A stretch of 61,777 bases of DNA, filler included, from Chiloscyllium plagiosum (taxonomy: Eukaryota), in the NCBI RefSeq assembly GCF_004010195.1. It is 3 parts of one record of this genome, joined end to end, with 100 filler letters (N's around TTAATTAATTAA, not from the genome) between each part and the next. Parts side by side here need not be neighbours in the genome. Positions count along the whole stretch, not along the records: positions 25,437 to 57,239 come from NC_057711.1; 2 more parts are not named here. One strand, given 5' to 3'. Below the pieces are notes generated by a model. The model saw only the letters and a program-made list of their open reading frames with translations. It was not told the origin of the DNA and searched no databases. This document shows, piece after piece, positions 25,437 through 38,975 of this stretch (its first letter is position 1; each line of letters begins with the position of its first letter). The position numbers and the translations under genes were made by a program.

Positions 25437-26085
25437 GTGTGTCCAGCAGGCTAAGATAAAAGGTAGGGAGGAGGGACTTGGGGAGGGGCGTTGGAAATGC
25501 GATAGGTGGAAAGAGGTCAAGGTGAGGGTGATAGGTCAGAGTGGGGTGGGGGTGCAGAGGTCAGGAAGAAGATTGCATGTTAGGAAAGCGGTGCTGAGTT
25601 TGAGGGATTTGAGGTGCGGGGAGGGCTAATGAGGAAACTGGTGAAATCCGAGTTCATCCCTTGTGGTTGGAGGGTTCCTAGGCGGAAGATCAGGCGATCT
25701 TCCTCCAACTGTCGTGTTGTTGTGGTCTTGCGGTGGAGGAGTCCAAAGACCTGCATATCCTTGGTGGAGTGGGAGGGGGAGTTGAAGTGTTGAGCCACAG
25801 GGTGGTTGGGCTGGTTGGACACTTTCCTCATTCCTAAAAAATGGCTTATGCCCGAGACGTCGATTCTCCTGTTCCCGAGATGCTGTCTGACCTGTTGTGT
25901 TGTTCCAGCAACACATTTTCAGCTCTGATCTCCAGCATCTTCACACCTCACTTTCTCCTCGAAGATTTTAACCTACTGCAAATCCTCTTACAAGGATGCC
26001 TTCCCACCTATCGAATTTCAAGCGCCCTTCCTTGGAGAAGCTCCTCCCTACCTTTTATCTTAGCCTGCTGGACACACTTTCCTCA

Positions 26086-26119
26086 TTCCTGAAGAAGGGT
26101 TTATACCCGAAACGTCGAT
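26086..26119 (+). ncRNA. Minimal hammerhead ribozyme motif (family A)
   Basis: UUC-CUGAAGA-A-GGGU-UUAU-ACCC-GAAA-C-GUC-GAU; palindromic ACGU stem III; stem I only ~2 bp. Confidence 0.55.
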
Positions 26120-26178
26120 TCTCTTGTTCCCTGGATGCTGCCTGACCTGCTGCACTGTTCCAGCAACACATTTTCAGC

Positions 26179-26430
26179 TTCCTATTCATATATCCATCCA
26201 GATGCCTTTTAAATGTTATAATTGTACAAGCCTCAACGACTTCCTCTGGCAGCTCATTCCAAACATGCACCACCCTCTACATGAAAAGGTTGCCCCTTAG
26301 TTCCCTTTCAAATTTTTCCCCTCTCACCCTAAGCCTATGCCCTCTAGTTCTGCACTCCCAACCACCAGGGGAAAGATCTTGTCTATTTCCCCTATCCATG
26401 CCCCTCATGATTTTATAAACCTCTATAAGT
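26179..26430 (-). mobile_element. CR1 3' fragment
   Basis: VHVWNELPEEVVEA...FKRHLDGYMNRK. Confidence 0.85.
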
Positions 26431-26999
26431 TACTCTTTTATCAATACTCCAGGGAATGCCAATGTCCAGAAATTGAACTGGGTCAGATATATAAACATAG
26501 AGACTACAAGAGCAGATCAGAGGCTGGGAATTCTGTCATACATAATCCATTTCCTGATTCCCCAAACTCAGTCCAGTGATGAAATATTCGCCATTTGCCT
26601 GGCAGAATGCAGCTCCAACAGCACTCCAGCCTACACCATCCAAGACAAAGCAGCTCACTTGATTACTACGTACATCCATTACCTTAAACAGTCACTCCCT
26701 CTACCACCAACACACAGTGACAGTGGGGGAATCTACAAGATGCATTATGAAAACTTATCAAGTCTTCTCCAATAGCAACTTCCAAACCTGTGACCACCAC
26801 CACCTGGAAGGGCATAAAGCAGATGGATGGAAACACCACCGACAAATTCACAATCATTCTGACTTGGGACTATGTCGGCTATAATGCTATTCCTTCACTG
26901 CCACTGAATCAAAATCTTACAACGTTCTCTCTAACAGCACTGTGAATGTATTGCTCTGAAGAAGATACCCATCACTTTCTCAAGGGCACTATATGATCC

Positions 27000-27310
27000 C
27001 CAAAGTATGGAAGCAGACAATTGAGCCCACACTGACTGAAAAGCTTCCCTCCCACACCCGTTCCCCCTACCTTATCCCTGTAACTCTGCATTCCCTATGG
27101 CTAATCCACCTAGTCTGCATATCCCTGGACACTACAAGCAATCTGATATGGCCAATTCACCTAACCTGCACATCTTTAGACTGTGGGAGGAAAGCCACAA
27201 AGACACATGGAGAATGTGCAAACTCCACACAGACAGTCACCTGAGGCTGGAATCGAACCCAGGTCCATGGTGCTGTGAGGTGGCAATGCTAACCATTGAG
27301 CCAGCGTTCT
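27000..27310 (-). mobile_element. HE1-like V-SINE
   Basis: Reverse complement of head and V-domain. Confidence 0.8.
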
Positions 27311-27814
27311 GCCCATATGAGGGCTGGACAATAAATGAGCTAGTGATGCCTTCATTGCATAGAAGAATGAAAAGAAGAAGGCACTATTATCCATTACCCA
27401 TCTTCCTAGTGACTTTATCAATCTTCCTTCAGTCACCTAAATCAAATGAAATGATTTCTCACACCATTTATCATTTTTAACACTGAGAGGTCCCAAAGTT
27501 CTATTCTGAAGAATGTTAAGGTAAATTCTGAGCTGCTCGTCAACATTTGTTCCTCAACCACATTATAAAGCAAGTTGTTTGTCATTCATTTCACTGCTGT
27601 GTGTGGAAGTTTGAAATCCTCTTTTCTCTATTCGGCACAAAGCTGCCAACTCCACTCCTGTACAGCATTTCAATGCGTTGCTTAGGGCAATGAGCAAAAC
27701 AAGGAAAAGCCGGAACATTAATATTGAGATTGTTTTCCTGGACTACAAATCCTGGATTAATAATATGAAGAGCCAAGTTTCAACCCCACCACTGCAGCTG
27801 TCGAATTTAAAACT

Positions 27815-28360
27815 ATAGAACCATGAAAATGATACAGCACAGAAGGTGCCATTTGGCCCATCTTGTTCTTGCCAACCCAAAGATACCCAGATGCCCTTTC
27901 TAATCCCATCGTTCTGCACAAGGCCCCTAGCCCTGCCATTTACAGCACTTCAGGTGCAGGTCCACGTATGTTTTAAAGAATTCAGGGTCTCTGCCTCCAG
28001 CAACACCTCAGGTAATGAATTCCAGACACCCACCACTCTCTATGTAAAAACATTTTGGCTCAATCCTTCTGCCACTTCGCTCGAATCTATGACCCCTGGT
28101 TTTTTAACTCTCTGCCAAAGGAAACAGGTTTCTCCATTCTACTCTAGCTCTACCCCTCACAGGTCTGTATACCTCAGTCATGATCCCCCGTCAGCCTTCT
28201 CTGTCCCAAGGAGATCAACCAAAACCCCTCCAATCTCTCCTCGTGGCTTCAATCCTCTAGCCCTGGCAACATTCAAACAGATCTCCTCTGCATACGTTCC
28301 AGAGCAGTTTTGGCCTTCCTGTACCGTGGCAACCAGCACTACTTACAATACTCAGAAATA
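27815..28360 (-). mobile_element. Degenerate CR1 3' end
   Basis: GAATTCCAGACACCCACCACTCTC and tail similarity to other CR1 ends. Confidence 0.7.
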
Positions 28361-28929
28361 CCAATGTGTGCATGGCCTCACCTGTGTCTTATACTTTGTT
28401 TTTGTTGAAGTAATTAGGTTGGAAATAAAAAGTTCACTTCCAAGTGGTGACAACAGGGCTGGATGCCGCACAGGGTCACATAAAACTTGTCCTTGCTGGT
28501 CACCACTGAAACTACAGGTCATGTTGAAACTGTAAAGAATTGTGCCTGAGAACCTGATTTCCAGCCAAGGAGTTTGGGTGTGCGAGATGAGAAGACCCTA
28601 GTGAAGCTGTTTGAGCGTGGGGTGGAAGGTTAGAGAGGTGGAGCACAGGGAGTGGGAATACAGTCATTCTGACTTATCACTATATTGACTATATCATCAT
28701 TCCTTCACTGAATCAAAATCTTGCACCTTCTTCTCAAACTGCACTCTGAATGCATTGCCCTCAAGAAAGCAGGCTATGATTTTGTCATGGTGTCCCTTGA
28801 TGGACACAGGGGAATACTCCAGAGCAGGATATTAATTATCCACTGAACAGCATCAATGAGCCTAAGGCAGGGTAGCCATTATGGGGGAAATAGCAAGCTG
28901 GCGAGTGAGTAATCTGCTTGATCCCACTC

Positions 28930-29195
28930 TCGGGTGACTGTGTGGAGTTTGCACATTCTCCCTGTTTCTGTGTGGGTTTCCTCCAGGTGTTCCAGTTTCT
29001 TCCCACAGTCCAGGTTAGATGGATTGGCCATGCTAAGTTGCCCATAATGTCTGAGGATGTGTAGACTAAGTGGATTAGCCATGGGAAAAACAGGGATAGG
29101 GCAGAGGGTTGGTTTGGGTAGAATGCTCTTCAGAGGGATAGTGTGGACTCAATGGGCTGAATGGCCTGCTGCCATACTGTAGGGATTCTATGATT
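28930..29195 (+). mobile_element. HE1-like V-SINE (5' truncated)
   Basis: V-domain and tail. Confidence 0.8.
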
Positions 29196-29796
29196 TTAAC
29201 ATGTCCACCCCTCAGCCTTCAAAATATACAGTGTGGATATATCTCAGTGTGGATAATTATTCCAGAGCCTGAGTGAGCGCTTCATAGATTTTGATTCGCA
29301 CACCACAATGGGCTTTGGCCAAAATAATGGAATTCCCTTCCACAAAAGAAGTTCAGAGAAACAAGTCAGATGAAGCAAGCCAGAATATATAATCAAATGA
29401 TATCATAGCCTCTCATGTGAGTCACAATTACCAAAGGATCTGCAAATGTGTTTACTGCTTCCAACTTGTCGAAAATATCTTAAAATCAGACATTTTGAAA
29501 ATAGCCCCTTGATGATTTAAAAGCTTTTTGGATTCGAACACTTTATAGATCCACAAACTCTGAGTGAAGAAGAGCATGAAATATATTTGATATCATCCTT
29601 CGGGACTAGTAACCTTTGGCTGTTTATAACAGCATCCGGCAGCTTCTGAAAGCAGCCCAGGATCCTGACCTCAATTAGTCTTGACTGAATGGTACATTGT
29701 GTTAAGATTCCTTTACTATTATTCAAGATACTGAAACAGCGAGTGGTTAAGATATGGAAGTGTGGCAGAGGCAGGGTAATTGAGGCATTTACTGAT

Positions 29797-30092
29797 CAGA
29801 TTCCCTATGGTATGGAAACAGGCCCTTCGGCCCAACCAGTCCACACCAGCCCTCCGAAGAGTAACCCACCCAGACCCATTCCCCTACCCTATATTTACCC
29901 CTGACTGATGCACCTAACACTATGGGCAATTTAGCATGGCTAATTCACCTGACCTGTATATCATTGGATTGAGGAAGGGAACCGGAGCACCCGGAGAGAA
30001 TGTGCAAACTCCACACAGACAGTCTCCCGAGGCTGGAACCGAACCCAGGACCATGGTGCTGTGAGGCAACAGTGCTAACCACTGAGCCACTC
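29797..30092 (-). mobile_element. HE1-like V-SINE
   Basis: Reverse complement of head, V-domain and tail. Confidence 0.85.
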
Positions 30093-30869
30093 TGCTCCTT
30101 AAAGGAGTGTTGAATGAGTATTTGGATAGAAATAATGTTCAGGGGTTTGGGAAAAAAACCAGGAGATTAGTAGCAAGTAGTAATACTCATTTAATGAGTT
30201 GATGCAGACACAATGGGCCTCTTTCTGCTCTGTAACACTTCTGTATTTCTTAACCTACTATAGATAAAGAATCTCACTGCTAACATGGGTAATTGAGTAA
30301 AACATTTATGCTTGATATTGTAGAGGGAATAGACAGAGAGAGAGTGCACTCCTCCAGTGTTGGTTGTAATATCTGTGAGGCTATTTCAGAGTCAACCACA
30401 TCTCTGAGGGTCTGCATTCGTCTACACATCAAACCAGGTTAGTACAATAAACTTCTGAAAGGATACCACACTGAGGTCAGAGTTTGGTGAGTCCTCCACT
30501 TTGAGGCAGACACAGAAGAAAAGGTAAACAATGAACATCAAAGGAACAAACTGGAAGGAAGTAGAGAAATTGTGGGTTTATGATCTTGGAAAAAGTCAGT
30601 TGAAAGAGATCCTCACTGAAGTTCTAATATATAAGATATACCCAGTGTATTTCCTACAGCATTCCTCATGTAGTTATAGTTCTGAGGAAGTGCCATACCA
30701 GACTCAAAACATTAACTCTCGTTCTCTCCACAGATGATGTCGTACCTGTTGAGTTTCTCCAGCATTCTCTGTGCTTATTTCAGATTTACAACATCCTCAT
30801 TACTTTGCTTTTGTTCATCATTCTTCCATTGCTGGCAAAGTCCAATTATTCTCTACCCTCAATTACAAT

Positions 30870-31590
30870 CAAGCAATTAAGAAAGCTAATAGAGTGTTAT
30901 AGATTATTGAGAGAAGAACTGAGTACAAAAGTAAGGATTTTAAGCTTCCGTTACATAGGCTGGTGATGACAGCACATCTGCATACAGTATCCTGCTTCAA
31001 AGATGGATGCAAACATATTAGAAGTAGTTCAGAGATAGAATAGAGTAGCAATTTATTATCATAAAAAAAAGTAACAAGTTTTATAAGTTGTCATACCATG
31101 GCACCTAAGTTAATGATAGAAATCGTAAATAAGAAAAATAAGTAATAACTCATCACATAGTTTACAAAGATTAATATATGGAATGGGTGGGTCATCTTTT
31201 CGGGATAAGTTAGACAAGCTAAGTTTGTGTTTGTTGGTGTTTAGAAGAATTACAGACAACTTAATTGAGACATGAGGGGTCTTGACTGGGTGGGTGTGGA
31301 GAGGATGTTTCTTCTTGTGGGCAAATCTAGAACAAGGTGTCACTGTTCATGAATAAGGTGTCATCCGTTTCAAACAGAGAGGAGGACAATTTCCTTTTTC
31401 TCAGCAGGTCCTGCATATCTGGAACTCTCTCCCTCAAAAGGTGGTGGAAGCCAAGTCTTTGAAAATTTCCAACATAGAGGTAAGCAGAGGGATAGGCGGG
31501 AATGCAGAGTTTAGGTCATAGTCACATCAGCCATGATCTTGTTTAACCATGGAGCAGTCATGAGCGACTGTACCCCTGCTCCTAATTTAT
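30870..31590 (+). mobile_element. Degenerate CR1 3' region
   Basis: AAGAAAGCTAATAG (KKAN) through TGGAACTCTCTCCCTC and AGCCATGATCT tail. Confidence 0.65.
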
Positions 31591-33479
31591 ATGTGTCCAA
31601 GTGCCCTCGGAAGGTGATGGTGAGCTGCCTTCTAGCTTCTATTCTGGTGTACAAACCTGGTGTTCCACTGCAAACCCAGTCTATTCCTTTAAACTCTTAA
31701 TGAATCTGTGATAGCATTCATTCATAAGCTGATGCAACCAATCTAAGGATTGTTTGTGATTGGTTGCCAAGTTTAGGGTACAGGTGGTCATTCTTTTTTT
31801 TTTGATATGCTTTCCAACAAGTTCTGATATATTGGATGTGATATTTTATTGCTTTGTACTGGATGCCACGTACACACTAGATGCATGACTATGTGTCAAT
31901 TTCCCATGGTCGGTCATATAATAGCTTTCTAAAGAACAGCAAGTGAAACACAATGGATTGTATAGCCAAGAGGAAGCCAAGAAGTGGATGATAGCCATTG
32001 TCTCAACTGTTCATGTTCCAGCATCTCTTAACTATTTATTCGTGGAATATGGGCATTGCTAAGTATGTCAAAACCTTTAGATCATTTCAATTGCCCTTGA
32101 GAAGATGGCTGATTCGTCTCTTAAACATTTGTGATCTGATGGCATTTTTATGACTATTATTTTATTATTTTCTGAGGATTCATGTCTAAAGGATTGTGTA
32201 AATTGATTAATTTGAAATACTGAGGAGATATCAAGGCCAACGTTTCTCAAAAGATATCATTGAAAGTCAACTATAGAACACTCCTACTAAAAGAAGCTAC
32301 TGAAAATCATCCAACTTAAGCCAACAACTTGGATTTGTTGCAAGTCACATGTCTGAGCTGTCAGGTGTTGTGACTGTTTGGAGTTTGGTTGGGAGATAGT
32401 CTGTGAAGAATGAGGACCTCCAGTTCTGCCAACTCACTGAGAATTTCCCCTTGATATTGTCACATAAGAACCAAAAATCTGAAACTGTTATTCCCCCCAA
32501 GGTTCCCACTTGACATCTCCTGAGCAAACTACAACTGAAGTGATCCCAGAGTCAACTGCATGCCTCTAGTGATTCCTGAGTGCAAGAGTGCAAAAGCAAC
32601 TTGGAACATTTCATATCCTATCCTTTTTCTTTCCAGCCCTAGCAATTCAAACTGGGTGTTCATCAGCTCTGCACCATTGTCATCTCATTTTTTACAATAA
32701 ATCGATAATTCCGTTGCTCATTAAAGGAATTTGGTGAGTGGATCTTTTCATTCCAAATGCATTGTGAATGCATTGGAAAGAGTGCAGAAGCAGTTTACAA
32801 GAATGGTTCCTGGAGTGAGAAACTTTAGCTTGAGGATACATTGGAGAAGCTGGAAGCGTTTTCCTCAGAGAGAAGAAGGCTGAGAGGAGATCTGATAGGG
32901 GTTTCAAAATCATGAGGGGTCTGGACAGACCAGATAGGGAGTAACCGTTCCCACTCACAAAAGGAACAGGAGAGCATAGATTTAAAGTGATTTGTAAAAG
33001 AATCAAGGGAAAAGCAGTTGAAAATACCGAATTATGTAAGTTCCAATTGGCTTAATAATGCCCTTCAAGGAAGCAAATCTGCTATATTTAAAATATATAA
33101 TGTGCAACGCCTGAATGGCTGATAACATAGGGGAGAGAAAAGTATTTGAAACTTATTCTCCCCAAGAGTTACACCTAGTCCAACATCTTTATTTCAGTTT
33201 CTGGTAAAAGTTACGGATGTATAGTTCTACAGTAACAGATGAATGTGCTAACGTGACAATGTCAGGCAGGGAGGAAAGAGAATGATTGGACGGTGGTGTG
33301 TTGATGTAAGTCTGAAACACAATGAATCATCATGCTTAGAGGTATATTTAATTTATTAACAGATGGCTAACATATTTAGGGGAAATAAGTTGCAATAATA
33401 ATCGTTAGTCACCAATGACAAAAAAGAGTATAATTAAGCAAAAACCAACTATTAAATATCAGCTTGTAAGTAGCAACTG

Positions 33480-33790
33480 CAACAAAAGCTCACATTTATT
33501 TGGGATCTTTAATATAGGAAAATGTCCCCGGGCACTTCACAGAAACAGTACCAAACAAAATTTGACATTGAACCAAATGTAGGTGAGGAGACCAAAAATG
33601 TGGTCAGAGCAAACTTTAAGGAATTTCTCTAAGTATGAGAGAAAGGTGGAGAAATGGAGGGGTTTATGGAGGGAAATGCAGAGCTTAGGGATCAGGTGTC
33701 TGAAGGCATGGCTGCTGATGGTGAGGCAACAAAAATTGCGGAGGTGAAGGGGCTAGAGTTAGAGGAGTACAGAGATTTTAGTAGAGGCTT
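33480..33790 (-). mobile_element. Probable L2 LINE 3' end (old)
   Basis: Resembles L2 terminus (..GCACTTCACAG..AGAGCTTAGGG..CTGAAGGCA); recognition by eye only. Confidence 0.5.
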
Positions 33791-34359
33791 GTTGGATAAG
33801 GATTGAACCCTTGCCACTTTCAGAGACAGGTCACCATTGGTCAAAATCCTGGCCAGATTCCACTATTAACCAGGTAATAACCAAAGCTTAAGTTGCTCAC
33901 TTGAGGGACCTTATTTTGGTTGCCACATGCAATATAGTTTAAATCATTGTTTCAGTACTTGATTGTGAGATTTCTTAATATGTAGCCAAATTAAAGATAA
34001 CTTCTAGGCAGTTCACCCACAACAACATCTTCAGATTAGCTCATGTTTAATATCGTCTCCAGTATTAACCCTTCCAGAACCATGACCTGAATATAACACT
34101 TCCTGAAAAGATAGAATGGGCCAGGTGTGTTTTTATGGCAATCCAGCAGTTTCATTGTCACCATTACTGACACTAGCTTTTCATTCCACATCTTTACTTC
34201 TTAAATTTATTGAGTTCAAACTTCCCCTCCTTCTGTGTCGAGGTTTGAACTTTTTTTTTTCAGTTTATAACAAAAACAGAAATTGCTGGAAAATCTCAGC
34301 AGGCCTGACAGCATCTGTTAAGAGAAATCAGTTAATGTTTTGGGTTCAGTGACCCTTCT

Positions 34360-36240
34360 TCATATATCAGGGTACATCAGGAATAAAAGAACGACTACAG
34401 TAAGATTAGGGCCAATCAAAGATAGTTCTGTGTGGAATCTGAGTACATGGGGAAGCACTTAATGAATACTTTTCGTCAGAATTCACACTGGGAAAGACAC
34501 TACAGAGATACAGGCTACAAGATTAGATGGGACTGAGGTTGACAAAAAAGAGGTTTTAGCAATTTTGGAAGCTCTGAAAATAGATAAGACCCCAGGATCG
34601 GATGGGATTTATCCTCGGATTCTCTGGGAAGCCAGGGAGGAGATTGCAGAGCCTTTGGCTTTGATCTTTATATCATCATTGTCAGTAGGAGTAATGCTAC
34701 AAGACTGGAGGATAGCAAATGCTGTTCCCTTGCTTAAGAAGGGGAATTGGGACAATCCTGGTAATTATAGGGCAGTGAACCTTACTTCAGTTGTGGGTAA
34801 GGTGTTGGGAAAGGTTATAAAGAGATAGGATTGATAATCATCTGGAAAGGAATAATTTGATTAGGGATAGCCAATACGGTTGTGAAGGGTAGGTTGTGCC
34901 TCACTAACCTTATTGAGTTCTTCAAGAAGGTGACAAACCGGTTGGAGGAAGGTAAGGCAGTTGATGTGGTGTATATGAACCTCAGTAAGGCATTTGATAG
35001 TGTTCCACATAGTAGGCTATTGCACAAAATAAGGAGTTTTGGGATTGAAGGTGATTTAGTGGTTTGGATCAGAAATTGGCAAGCTGAAAGACAGAGGGTG
35101 GTGGTTGATGGGAAATGTTCATCCTGGAGCTCAGTTACCAGTGGTGTGCCGCAAGGGACTGTTTTGGGGCCACTGTTACTTGTCATTTTTATAAATGATT
35201 TGGAGGTGGGCGTAGAAGGATGGGTTAGTAAATTTGCAGATGACAATAAGGTAAGTAAAGCTGTGGATAGTGCCAAAGGCTGTTGTGGGTTACAGAGGGA
35301 CATAGATAAGATACAGAGCTGGACTGAGAAGTGTCAAATTGAATTGAATTGAATTGAATTTATTGTCACGTGTACCGGGGCACAGTGAGAAGCTTTGTCT
35401 TACAAGCAATACAGGCAAATCACAGAGTTAAATAGCACAGATAAGTAAATGGAGTTTAATGCAGAAAAGTGTGAGGTAGTTCACTTCGGAAGAACTAATA
35501 GGAATGCAAAGTATTGGGCTAACAGTAAAACTCTTGGCAGTCTAGATGAACGGAGAGATCTCTGTGTCCAGGTGCATAAATCCTTGAAAGCTGCCACCCA
35601 GATTGATAGGGTTGTTAAGAAGGCATATGGTGTATTGGTGTTTATTGGTAGGGGGATTGAGTTTTGGAGCCACGAGGTCATGCTTCAGCTGTACAAGACA
35701 CTGGTATGGCCGCACCTGGAGTATTACATGCAGTTCTGGTCACCGCATTATAGGAAGGATGTGGAAGCTTTGGCAAGGGTTCAGAGGAGATTTACTAGGA
35801 TGTTGCCTGGTATGGAGGGAAGGTCTTACTAGGAAAGGCTGAGGGAACCAAGGCTGTTTTCGTTGGAAAGAAGAAGGTTGAGAGGTGACTTAATTTAGAC
35901 ATGTAAAATAATCAGAGGGTTAGATGCGGTGGACAGTGAGAGCCGTTCTCCTCAGATGGTGAAGGCTAACACGAGGGGACATAACTTTAAATTGAGGGGT
36001 GATATATTTAGGACAGATATTATGGGTAGTTTCTTCACTCAGAGAGTAGTAGGGGCATGGAAAGGCCTGCCTGCAACAGTAGTAGACCCACCGACGTTAA
36101 GGGCATTTAAATGGACATTGGACATACATACGGATAATACTGGAACAGTGCAGGTTAGATGGGCATCAGATTATTTTCACAGTTCGGCGCCACATCAAGG
36201 GCCAAAGAGCCTGTACTGTGCTGTAATGTTCTATATTCTA
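34360..36240 (+). mobile_element. CR1 (HER1-like) ORF2 RT and 3' end, 5' truncated, disrupted
   Basis: KTPGSDGI, PGNYRAVNLTS, VYMNLSKAFD, GVPQGTVLGP, KFADD, PHLEY..QFWSP, FFTQRVVGAW. Confidence 0.93.
35340..35449 (-). mobile_element. Short Rex1/Babar-type 3' end inserted in CR1 RT
   Basis: rc ...GGTACACGTGACAATAA(ATTCA)n; matches 18590-18630 and 45358-45470. Confidence 0.75.
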
Positions 36241-36639
36241 TGTTCTGTTTTTGTTTCAGATTTCCAGCATCCTCAGTTCCTTAGTTTGTTGCCTTCAGTT
36301 TATTCATCTCAATAGTTAGTTAAGTGGCTGTGAATGTCAATGCTTACAGAGGCATGTGGAATCTCACAGCGTTCTGGCCAGTGCTCTCTAACAAATTACT
36401 TGGATTGCTGAAACACTGCTCCAGCAGCCTCATGATCAGAAACTTGTTACCCTGTCTCTCTGGATGACAGCATCCCTAATCTCTGTTTGCCATCATGTTC
36501 TACAGTCCACCCAAACCTTCTGCCACCCACACTGAGGATGAAAATGGGAGTTGCCCCAATTCTAGTGGCATTGAGATAGAGCAACTTGTACTTTTGACTG
36601 GGGTGAGTTTGCAGCGAGTAAGTATTGCTGTGAAACAGA

Positions 36640-37410
36640 CCGAGGGGTGTGCAGCGAGTCATTGCTGTTAGGCAGAGAGGGCTTCAGATATCTGGACCAT
36701 TGGGATTTCTTCATACAAGAAAGATGGGCGGCACCTAAACTGCAAGGGCACCAATACTCTGGCAGGAGTTTGCTAGTGCCATTTGGGAAGGTTTAAATTA
36801 GTGCAACAAGGCAGCTGGGAACCAGAGCATTAGGTCAGCATGTGGGGTGTTTGAAGAGAAGAGGGGGGGCTAAATCAAGTAAATCTAAGAAGAACAGGCA
36901 GGGCCCGTTTTATAGCGGGACTAGCAGTCTGAAGTGTATTTATTTAGGCACAAGGAGTATAACAGATAAGTTAAATTAGAACATGAATTAGTACATGTAA
37001 TTACAGAAAAAAAACAAAGAGCTGCAGATACTGGAAATCAGAAAGTGAATCAGAAATTGCTGGAAAAGCTCAGCAGGACCCGTTTTCTCTCCACAGTTGC
37101 TGCCTGACCTGCTGAGTTTTTCCAGCAATTTCTGATTTTGTAGCTATTACAGAAACCTGGTTGAGAAAAGGGCAGACCTGGCAGCTGAACGTTCCAGAGT
37201 GTACGAGTTTCAGAAAAGATAAAGAGGGATGTAAAAAGGATGGGGAAGTTGCATAACTGATCAGAGAGAATATCACAGCTACACTAAAAGAGAGCTCAAC
37301 CAGCAAGGTCATATGGGTAGAACCCAGGAATAAGAAAGGTGCAATTACTATAATTGGGTTATACTATAGGCCATACATGAGCGAGTGGGAAACGGAGGAA
37401 CAGCTATGTA
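36640..37410 (+). mobile_element. CR1 ORF1 end and endonuclease start, interrupted by a fold-back PLE (~37010-37135)
   Basis: VAITETWL, IWVE.RNKKG, LYYRP motifs. Confidence 0.7.
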
Positions 37411-38460
37411 AGCATCCACAATTTCACCAAGTTTTGTATCATCTGCAAACTTATTCATTTGACCACTCACAGTTTCATCCAAGTAATTTATATAAATTAC
37501 AAACAACAAAGATCTCAATTCTGATCTTGCAGAACACTACTGGTCTCAGACTTCCAGTCAAAAACATACACACCACAACTACCCTTTGTCTTCTATGACC
37601 AAACCAATTTTATATCCAACTTACCAACTCACTGTGGATCCCAAGTGTATAAATCTTCTGGACCAGTCTACCATGACAGACCTTGTCAAATTCTTTAGTA
37701 AGGTCTATATAGACATATACTGCCCTACTCAATCATCTTCATACTTTCTCAAAAAACTCAAACTTGTGAGACAAGACCTCCTAACTATTCCTAATAAGTT
37801 TACTATTTTCCAAATCTGACTAAATCCTATCTCTAAGAATCTTCTATCACTGATATAAGGCTCACCATCCTATAACTTCCTGGATTATCCCTGTTGCCCT
37901 TCTTAAACATAGGAGCAACATTGGCTATTCTCCAGTCTTCTGGAACCTCACCTGTGACAAAGGATCTCTGTCAAGCTCCCAACAATCTCCTCCCGTTATC
38001 CTGGGATGGATCCCACCAGGCCCTCAGAGCCTGTCAAGATACCCAACACCTCCTCCTTCTTAATATTGACATGTTCTAGAATATTAACATACACAGCTCT
38101 AACCACACCATCATCCATGTCCGTTTCCTTGGTGATTACCGATTCAAAGTTTTTAGGAAGGACCTCACCCACTTGCTCTGGCTCCACTCATAAATTCTTC
38201 CTTTGCCCTTGGGTTGACCTACTCTTTCCCTAGCTACCCTTTTGCTCCTAGTACATGTATAAAATGTCTTGGGATTCTCTGTAATCCTACTTGCTAAGGA
38301 CATTTCATGGCTCCTTTTAACCCTCCTAATCTCTTGTTTCTTTCCTGCTTCCTTTATATTCCTCAAGCTGATTGCAGTTTCCCAAACATTTTTCTTTGTG
38401 ATGAAACTTTCATTACCTTTTATCATCCAGGGTTCCTTTATCTCCCATCTTTATCTTTCA
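37410..38460 (-). mobile_element. Degenerate CR1 ORF2 RT fragment
   Basis: IRRVKRSHEMSLASRITENPKTFY; rc of KFADD at ~37435-37450. Confidence 0.75.
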
Positions 38461-38609
38461 AGAGCAAACAAAGTCTATGCATGTTCCCAGCAACAACCTT
38501 TACAGATATGCAGTCCCTTTAATTTCTTAAAACAAAGAACTATGGATCTGAAGCTAAAACAGAAATTACTTAAGACACTGAGTTCTGAAGGGGCTCTAGA
38601 CTTGAATTC

Positions 38610-38975
38610 TTTTATTCCTTTATTCATTCATGGGATGATGGTGTTACTGGCTGGCCAGCATTTATTGTCCATCCCTAATTGCCAGACGGCAGTTAATAAT
38701 CAACCACATTGCTATGGGTCTGGATTCACACATCAGCCAGGCCAGGTAAGGATGACAGCTTCCTTCCCCAAAGGACAGCTTCCTTCCCCAAAGTGATCCA
38801 GATGGGTTTTTCCAACAATCAATTCATGAACATCATCAGATTTTTAATTCCAGATATTTTGATTGAATTCAAATTCCACCATCTGCCATAGTGGGATTTG
38901 AACCGAGGACCCCAGGCATAATCTGGGTCTCCAGGTTGACAGTCCAGTGATAATGTCATTACGCCATCGCCTCCC
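38610..38975 (-). mobile_element. tRNA-derived SINE, second family, nested in a family C fold-back element
   Basis: rc head GGAGGCGATGGCGTAATG; family C arms at ~38550-38590 and ~38980-39050. Confidence 0.7.

Larger units (their letters stand above)
25255..26178. mobile_element. Composite Penelope-like element: inverted GIY-YIG 3' end plus tandem pLTRs
   Basis: Minus ORF 25580-25831 PVAQHFNSPSHSTKDMQVFGLL...EDRLIFRLGTLQPQGMN; two plus-strand pLTR copies at ~25815-25995 and ~26040-26178. Confidence 0.85.

Noticed and set aside
27846..28535. Longest ORF in the track (229 aa)
   Set aside because: Mostly antisense to a decayed CR1 3' end; no recognisable domain.
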